From the NCBI RefSeq assembly GCF_046119375.1, contig NW_027362769.1, positions 359,662,001 through 359,726,000 on the forward strand: a stretch of DNA of 64,000 nt. Reading direction: 5' to 3'. Below the pieces are notes generated by a model, which was not told where the DNA came from, ran no database searches, and saw only the letters and a list, made by a program, of their open reading frames with translations. Position numbers and translations under genes: made by a program. Source of the stretch: Phyllobates terribilis (Eukaryota). Positions 54,901 to 64,000 of this stretch are shown here, piece after piece; within the stretch, counting starts at the first letter, position 1, and each line of letters starts with the position of its first letter.

Positions 54901-57900
54901 GTACAGTATATAGAGCAGTGTGTACAGTATATACAGCAGTGTGTACAGTATATAGAGCAGTATGTACAGTATATAGAGCTGCCTGTACAGTATATAGAGC
55001 AGTGTGTACAGTATATAGACCTGCCTGTACAGTATATAGAGCAGGGTGTACAGTATATAGAGCAGTGTGTACAGTATATAGAGCAGCCTGTACAGTATAT
55101 AGAGCAGTGTGTACAGTATATAGAGCTGCCTGTACAGTATATAGAGCAGTGAGTACAGTATATAGAGCAGTGTGTGCAGTATATAGAGCAGTGTGTATAG
55201 TATATAGAGCTGCCTGTACAGTATATAGAGCAGTGTGTACAGTATATAGAGCAGCCTGTACAGTATATAGAGCAGTGTGTACAGTGTATAGAGCAGTGTA
55301 TATAGTATATTGAGCTGCCTGTACAGTATATAGAGCAGTGTGTACAGTATATAGAGCAGTATATACAGTGTATAGAGCAGTGTGTACAGTATATAGAGCA
55401 GTGTGTACAGTATAAAGAGCTGCCTGTACAGTATATAGAGCAGTGTGTACAGTATATAGAGAAGCCTGTACAGTATATAGAGCAGTGTGTACAGTATATA
55501 GAGCAGTCTGTACTGTGTATAGAGCAGTGTGTACAGTATATAGAGCAGCGTGTACAGTATATAGAGCAGTGTGTACAGTATATAGAGCAGTGTGTATAGT
55601 ATATAGAGCTGCCTGTACAGTATATAGAGCAGTGTGTGCAGTATATAGAGCAGTGTGTATAGTATATAGAGCTGCCTGTACAGTATATACAGCAGCGTGT
55701 ACAGTATATACAGCAGTGTGTACAGTATATAGAGCGGCCTGTACAGTATATAGAGCAGTATATACAGTGTATAGTGCAGTGTGTACAGTATATAGAGCTG
55801 CCTGTACAGTATATAGAGCAGGGTGTACAGTATATAGAGCAGCCTGTACAGTATATACAGCAGTGTGTACAGTATATAGAGCTGCCTGTACAGTACATAG
55901 ACCAGTGTGTACAGTATATAGAGCAGCCTGTAGAGTATATAGAACAGGGTGTACAGTATATAGAGCAGTGTGTACAGTATATAGAGCAGCCTATACAGTA
56001 TATAGAGCAGTGTGTACAGTATATAGAGCAACCTGTAGAGTATATAGAACAGGGTGTACAGTATATAGAGCAGTGTGTACAGTATATAGAGCAGCCTATA
56101 CAGTATATAGAGCAGTGTGTACAGTATATAGAGCAGTGTGTACAGTATATAGAGCAGCCTGTACAGTATATAGAGCAGGGTGTACAGTATATAGAGCAGC
56201 CTGTACAGTATATAGAGCAGTGTGTACAGTATATAGAACAGTGTGTATAGTATATAGAGCTGCCTGTACAGTATATAGAGCAGTGTGTACAGTATATAGA
56301 GCAGTATATACAGTGTATAGAGCAGTGTGTACAGTATATAGAGCAGTGTGTACAGTATAAAGAGCTGCCTGTACAGTATATAGAGCCGTGTGTACAGTAT
56401 ATAGAGCAGTGTGTATAGTATGTAGAGCAGTATATACAGTATATAGAGCAGTGTGTACAGTATATTGAGCTGCCTGTACAGTATATAGAGCAGTGTGTAC
56501 AGTATATAGAACAGTATATACAGTGTATAGAGCAGTGTGTACAGTATATAGAGCAGTGTGTACAGTATAAAGAGCTGCCTGTACAGTATATAGAGCCATG
56601 TGTACAGTATATAGAGCAGTGTGTACAGTATGTAGAGCAGTATATACAGTATATAGAGCAGTGTGTACAGTATATAGAGCAGCCTGTACAGTATATATAC
56701 AGCTGCCTGTACAGTATATAGAGCAGCCTGTACATTATATAGAGCAGTGTGTACAGTATATAGAGCAGTCTGTACAGTATATAGAGCAGGGTGTACAGTA
56801 TATAGAGCAGTGTGTATAGTATATAGAGCAGCCTGTACAGTATATAGAGCAGTGTGTACAGTATATAGCGCAGTGTGTACAGTATATAGAGCAGCATGTA
56901 CAGTATATAGAGCAGTGTGTACAGTATATAGAGCAGAGTGTACAGTATATAGAGCAGCCTGTACAGTATATAGAGCAGTGTGTACAGTATATAGAGCAGA
57001 GTGTACAGTATATAGAGCTGCCTTTACAGTATATAGAGCAGTGTGTACAGTATATAGAGCAGCCTGTACAGTATATAGAGCTGTGTGTACAGTATATAGA
57101 GCTGCCTGTACAGTATATAGAGCAGTGTGTACAGTATATAGAGCAGCCTGTACAGTATATAGAGCTGCCTGTACAGTATATAGAGCAGCCTGTACATTAT
57201 ATAGAGCAGTGTGTACAGTATATAGATCAGTGTGTACAGTATATAGAGCAGCCTGTACAGTATATAGAGCAGGGTGTATAGTATATAGAGCAGCCTGTAC
57301 AGTATATAGAGCTGCCTGTACAGTATATAGAGCAGTGTGTACAGTATATAGAGCAGTGTGTACAGTATATAGAGCTGCCTGTAGAGTATATAGAGCAGTG
57401 TGTACAGTATATAGAGCAGCCTGTACAGTATATAGAGCTGCCTGTACAGTATATAGAGCAGCCTGTACAGTATATAGAGCAGTGTGTACAGTATATAGAG
57501 CTGCCTGTACAGTATATAGAGCAGTGTGTACTGTAAATAGACCTGCCTGTACAGTATATAGAGCAGGGTGTACAGTATATAGAGCAGTGTGTACAGTATA
57601 TAGAGCTGCCTGTACAGTATATAGAGCAGGGTGTACAGTATATACAGCAGTGTGTACAGTATATAGAGCAGTGTGTATAGTATATAGAGCAGGGTGTACA
57701 GTATATAGAGCAGTGTGTACAGTACATAGAGCAGCCTGTACAGTATATAGAGCAGCGTGTACAGTATATAGAGCAGCCTGTACAGTATATAGAGCAGTGT
57801 GTACAGTATATAGAGCAGCCTGTACAGTATATAGAGCAGTGTGTACAGTATATAGAGCTGCCTATACAGTATATAGACCAGTGTGTACAGTATATAGAGC

Positions 57901-60900
57901 AGCCTGTAGAGTATATAGAACAGGGTGTACAGTATATAGAGCAGTGTGTACAGTATATAGAGCAGCCTATACAGTATATAGAGCAGTGTGTACAGTATAT
58001 AGAGCAGCCTGTAGAGTATATAGAACAGGGTGTACAGTATATAGAGCAGTGTGTACAGTATATAGAGCAGCCTATACAGTATATAGAGCAGTGTGTACAG
58101 TATATAGAGCAGTGTGTACAGTATATAGAGCAGCCTGTACAGTATATAGAGCAGGGTGTACAGTATATAGAGAAGCCTGTACAGTATATAGAGCAGTGTG
58201 TACAGTATATAGAACAGTGTGTATAGTATATAGAGCTGCCTGTACAGTATATAAAGCAGTGTGTACAGTATATAGAGCAGTGTGTACAGTATATTGAGCT
58301 GCCTGTACAGTATATAGAGCAGTGTGTACAGTATATAGAGCAGTATATACAGTGTATAGAGCAGTGTGTACAGTACATAGAGCAGTGTGTACAGTATAAA
58401 GAGCTGCCTGTACTGTATATAGAGCCGTGTGTACAGTATATAGAGCAGTGTGTACAGTATGTAGAGCAGTATATACAGTATATAGAGCAGTTTGTACAGT
58501 ATATAGAGCAGTGTGTACAGTATATAGAGCAGCCTGTACAGTATATAGAGCTGCCTGTACAGTATATAGAGCAGACTGTACATTATATAGAGCAGTGTGT
58601 ACAGTATATAGAGCAGTCTGTACAGTATATAGAGCAGGGTGTACAGTATATAGAGCAGTGTGTATAGTATATAGAGCAGCCTGTACAGTATATAGAGCAG
58701 TGTGTACAGTATATAGCGCAGTGTGTACAGTATATAGAGCAGCATGTACAGTATATAGAGCAGTGTGTACAGTATATAGAGCAGAGTGTACAGTATATAG
58801 AGCAGCCTGTACAGTATATAGAGCTGCCTTTACAGTATATAGAGCAGTGTGTACAGTATATAGAGCAGCCTGTACAGTATATAGAGCTGTGTGTACAGTA
58901 TATAGAGCTGCCTGTACAGTATATAGAGCAGTGTGTACAGTATATAGAGCAGCCTGTACAGTATATAGAGCTGCCTGTACAGTATATAGAGCAGCCTGTA
59001 CATTATATAGAGCAGTGTGTACAGTATATAGATCAGTGTGTACAGTATATAGAGCAGCCTGTACAGTATATAGAGCAGTGTGTATAGTATATAGAGCAGC
59101 CTGTACAGTATATAGAGCAGTGTGTACAGTATATAGAGCAGTGTGTACAGTATATAGAGCTGCCTGTAGAGTATATAGAGCAGTGTGTACAGTATATAGA
59201 GCAGCCTGTACAGTATATAGAGCTGCCTGTACAGTATATAGAGCAGCCTGTACAGTATATAGAGCAGTGTGTACAGTATATAGAGCTGCCTGTACAGTAT
59301 ATAGAGCAGTGTGTACAGTAAATAGACCTGCCGGTACAGTATATAGAGCAGGGTGTACAGTATATAGAGCAGTGTGTACAGTATATAGAGCTGCCTGTAC
59401 AGTATATAGAGCAGGGTGTACAGTATATACAGCAGTGTGTACAGTATATAGAGCAGTGTGTATAGTATATAGAGCAGGGTGTACAGTATATAGAGCAGTG
59501 TGTACAGTATATAGAGCTGCCTGTACAGTATATAGAGCAGGGTGTACAGTATATACAGCAGTGTGTACAGTATATAGAGCAGTGTGTACAGTATATAGAG
59601 CAGCCTGTACAGTATATAGAGCAATGTGTACAGTATATAGAGCTGCCTGTACATTATATAGAGCAGTGTGTACAGTATATAGAGCAGTGTGTATATTATA
59701 TAGAGCAGCCTGTACAGTATATAGAGCAGGGTGTACAGTATATAGAGCAGTGTGTACAGTATATAGAGCAGCCTGTACAGTATATAGAGCAGTGGGTACA
59801 GTATATAAAGCTGCCTGTACATTATATAGAGCAGTGTGTACAGTATATAGACCTGCCTGTACAGTATATAGAGCAGTCTGTACTGTGTATAGAGCAGTGT
59901 GTACAGTATATAGAGCAGCGTGTACAGTATATAGAGCAGTGTGTACAGTATATAGAGCAGTGTGTATAGTATATAGAGCTGCCTGTACAGTATATAGAGC
60001 AGTGTGTACAGTATATAGAGCAGTGTGTATAGTATATAGAGCTGCCTGTACAGTATATACAGCAGCGTGTACAGTATATACAGCAGTGTGTACAGTATAT
60101 AGAGCTGCCTGTACAGTATATAGAGCAGTATATACAGTGTATAGTGCAGTGTGTACAGTATATAGAGCTGCCTGTACAGTATATAGAGCAGTGTGTACAG
60201 TATATAGAGCAGGGTGTACAGTATATAGAGCAGTGTGTATAGTATATAGAGCAGCCTGTACAGTATATACAGCAGCGTGTACAGTATATACAGCAGTGTG
60301 CACAGTATATAGAGCAGAGTGTACAGTATATAGAGCAGCCTGTACAGTATATAGAGCTGCCTGTACAGTATATAGAGCAGTGTGTACAGTATATAGAGCA
60401 GGGTGTACAGTATATAGAGCAGTCTGTACAGTATATAGAGCAGCCTGTACAGTATATACAGCAGTGTGTACAGTATATAGAGCTGCCTGTACAGTATATA
60501 GACCAGTGTGTACAGTATATAGAGCAGCCTGTAGAGTATATAGAACAGGGTGTACAGTATATAGAGCAGTGTGTACAGTATATAGAGCAGCCTATACAGT
60601 ATATAGAGCAGTGTGTACAGTATATAGAGCAGCCTGTAGAGTATATAGAACAGGGTGTACAGTATATAGAGCAGTGTGTACAGTATATAGAGCAGCCTAT
60701 ACAGTATATAGAGCAGTGTGTACAGTATATAGAGCAGTGTGTACAGTATATAGAGCAGCCTGTACAGTATATAGAGCAGGGTGTACAGTATATAGAGCAG
60801 TGTGTACAGTATATAGAACAGTGTGTATAGTATATAGAGCTGCCTGTACAGTATATAGAGCAGTGTGTACAGTATATAGAGCAGTGTGTACAGTATATTG

Positions 60901-63900
60901 AGCTGCCTGTACAGTATATAGAGCAGTGTGTACAGTATATAGAACAGTATATACAGTGTATAGAGCAGTGTGTACAGTATATAGAGCAGTGTGTACAGTA
61001 TAAAGAGCTGCCTGTACAGTATATAGAGCCGTGTGTACAGTATATAGAGCAGTGTGTACAGTATGTAGAGCAGTATATACAGTATATAGAGCAGTGTGTA
61101 CAGTATATAGAGCAGCCTGTACAGTATATAGAGCTGCCTGTACAGTATATAGAGCAGCCTGTACATTATATAAAGCAGTGTGTACAGTATATAGAGCAGT
61201 CTGTACAGTATATAGAGCAGGGTGTACAGTATATAGAGCAGTGTGTATAGTATATAGAGCAGCCTGTACAGTATATAGAGCCGTGTGTACAGCATATAGC
61301 GCAGTGTGTACAGTATATAGAGCAGCATGTACAGTATATAGAGCAGTGTGTACAGTATATAGAGCAGAGTGTACAGTATATAGAGCAGCCTGTACAGTAT
61401 ATAGAGCTGCCTTTACAGTATATAGAGCAGTGTGTACAGTATATAGAGCAGCCTGTACAGTATATAGAGCTGTGTGTACAGTATATAGAGCTGCCTGTAC
61501 AGTATATAGATCAGTGTGTACAGTATATAGAGCAGCCTGTACAGTATATAGAGCTGCCTGTACAGTATATAGAGCAGCCTGTACATTATATAGAGCAGTG
61601 TGTACAGTATATAGATCAGTGTGTACAGTATATAGAGCAGCCTGTACAGTATATAGAGCAGTTTGTATAGTATATAGAGCAGCCTGTACAGTATATAGAG
61701 CTGCCTGTACAGTATATAGAGCAGTGTGTACAGTATATAGAGCAGTGTGTACAGTATATAGAGCTGCCTGTAGAGTATATAGAGCAGTGTGTACAGTATA
61801 TAGAGCAGCCTGTACAGTATATAGAGCTGCCTGTACAGTATATAGAGCAGCCTGTACAGTATATAGAGCAGTGTGTACAGTATATAGAGCTGCCTGTACA
61901 GTATATAGAGCAGTGTGTACTGTAAATAGACCTGCCTGTACAGTATATAGAGCACGGTGTACAGTATATAGAGCAGTGTGTACAGTATATAGAGCTGCCT
62001 GTACAGTATATAGAGCAGGGTGTACAGTATATACAGCAGTGTGTACAGTATATAGAGCAGTGTGTATAGTATATAGAGCAGGGTGTACAGTATATAGAGC
62101 AGTGTGTACAGTATATAGAGCAGCCTGTACAGTATATAGAGCAGCGTGTACAGTATATAGAGCAGCCTGTACAGTATATAGAGCAGTGTGTACAGTATAT
62201 AGAGCAGCCTGTACAGTATATAGAGCAGTGTGTACAGTATATAGAGCTGCCTGTACAGTATATAGACCAGTGTGTACAGTATATAGAGCAGCCTGTAGAG
62301 TATATAGAACAGGGTGTACAGTATATAGAGCAGTGTACAGTATATAGAGCAGTGTGTACAGTATATAGAGCAGCCTATACAGTATATAGAGCAGTGTGTA
62401 CAGTATATAGAGCAGCCTGTAGAGTATATAGAACAGGGTGTACAGTATATAGAGCAGTGTGTACAGTATATAGAGCAGCCTATACAGTATATAGAGCAGT
62501 GTGTACAGTATATAGAGCAGTGTGTACAGTATATAGAGCAGCCTGTACAGTATATAGAGCAGGGTGTACAGTATATAGAGAAGCCTGTACAGTATATAGA
62601 GCAGTGTGTACAGTATATAGAACAGTGTGTATAGTATATAGAGCTGCCTGTACAGTATATAGAGCAGTGTGTACAGTATATAGAGCAGTGTGTACAGTAT
62701 ATTGAGCTGCCTGTACAGTATATAGAGCAGTGTGTACAGTATATAGAGCAGTATATACAGTGTATAGAGCAGTGTGTACAGTATATAGAGCAGTGTGTAC
62801 AGTATAAAGAGCTGCCTGTACAGTATATAGAGCCGTGTGTACAGTATATAGAGCAGTGTGTACAGTATGTAGAGCAGTATATACAGTATATAGAGCAGTT
62901 TGTACAGTATATAGAGCAGTGTGTACAGTATATAGAGCAGCCTGTACAGTATATAGAGCTGCCTGTACAGTATATAGAGCAGACTGTACATTATATAGAG
63001 CAGTGTGTACAGTATATAGAGCAGTCTGTACAGTATATAGAGCAGGGTGTACAGTATATAGAGCAGTGTGTATAGTATATAGAGCAGCCTGTACAGTATA
63101 TAGAGCAGTGTGTACAGTATATAGCGCAGTGTGTACAGTATATAGAGCAGCATGTACAGTATATAGAGCAGTGTGTACAGTATATAGAGAAGAGTGTACA
63201 GTATATAGAGCAGCCTGTACAGTATATAGAGCTGCCTTTACAGTATATAGAGCAGTGTGTACAGTATATAGAGCAGCCTGTACAGTATATAGAGCTGTGT
63301 GTACAGTATATAGAGCTGCCTGTACAGTATATAGAGCTGCCTGTACAGTATATAGAGCAGCCTGTACATTATATAGAGCAGTGTGTACAGTATATAGATC
63401 AGTGTGTACAGTATATAGAGCAGCCTGTACAGTATATAGAGCAGTGTGTATAGTATATAGAGCTGCCTGTACAGTATATAGAGCAGTGTGTACAGTATAT
63501 AGAGCAGTATATACAGTGTATAGTGCAGTGTGTACAGTATATAGAGCTGCCTGTACAGTATATAGAGCAGTGTGTACAGTATATAGAGCAGTATATACAG
63601 TGTATAGTGCAGTGTGTATAGTATATAGAGCAGCCTGTACAGTATATACAGCAGTGTGTACAGTATATAGAGCTGCCTGTACAGTATATAGAGCAGTGTG
63701 TATAGTATATAGAGCTGCCTGTACAGTATATAGAGCAGCCTGTACAGTATATAGAGCAGGGTGTACAGTATATAGAGCAGCCTGTACAGTATATAGAGCA
63801 GGGTGTACAGTATATAGAGCAGTGTGTACAGTATATAGAGCAGCCTGTACAGTATATAGAGCAGTGTGTACAGTATATAGAACAGTGTGTATAGTATATA

Positions 63901-64000
63901 GAGCTGCCTGTACAGTATATAGAGCAGTGTGTACAGTATATAGAGCAGCCTTTACAGTTTATAGAGCAGTGTGTACAGTACATAGAGCTGCCTGTACAGT
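51983..64000 (+). repeat. 21-bp minisatellite, second block (>12 kb, ~570 units, runs off the window)
   Basis: Same unit as 40817-43106; shows higher-order structure. Confidence 0.98.

Noticed and set aside
51983-64000. Very long ORFs (up to 978 aa; VCTVYRA, LYILYTL, CSIYCTH)
   Set aside because: Translations of a 21-bp unit that lacks stops in several frames; no coding features.

Overview
Vertebrate genomic DNA, most likely anuran (frog; inferred from histone sequences and repeat families), containing a replication-dependent histone gene cluster heavily invaded by repeats. Gene order: a pseudogenised divergent H2A(-)/H2B(+) pair (13.6-15.6 kb), then H1(+), H3(+), H4(+), and a divergent H2A(-)/H2B(+) pair whose H2B is partly hidden by an N-run. 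All seven genes end in a histone 3' stem-loop rather than a polyA signal. The spacers hold three solo LTRs with target-site duplications (one inside H2A), a CR1, two L2 LINEs, a head-to-head double hAT remnant, and a Penelope-like retroelement (RT + GIY-YIG, hammerhead-like motif) split in frame by a TTAA piggyBac-like element. There are several minisatellites (43, 37, ~31 and 21 bp). The most striking observation: the 37-bp array after H1 and the 21-bp array after H2B both start exactly at the U7-binding histone downstream element and repeat it tens to hundreds of times. Most long ORFs in the track are satellite or antisense artefacts. No CRISPR array, rRNA or tRNA was seen.
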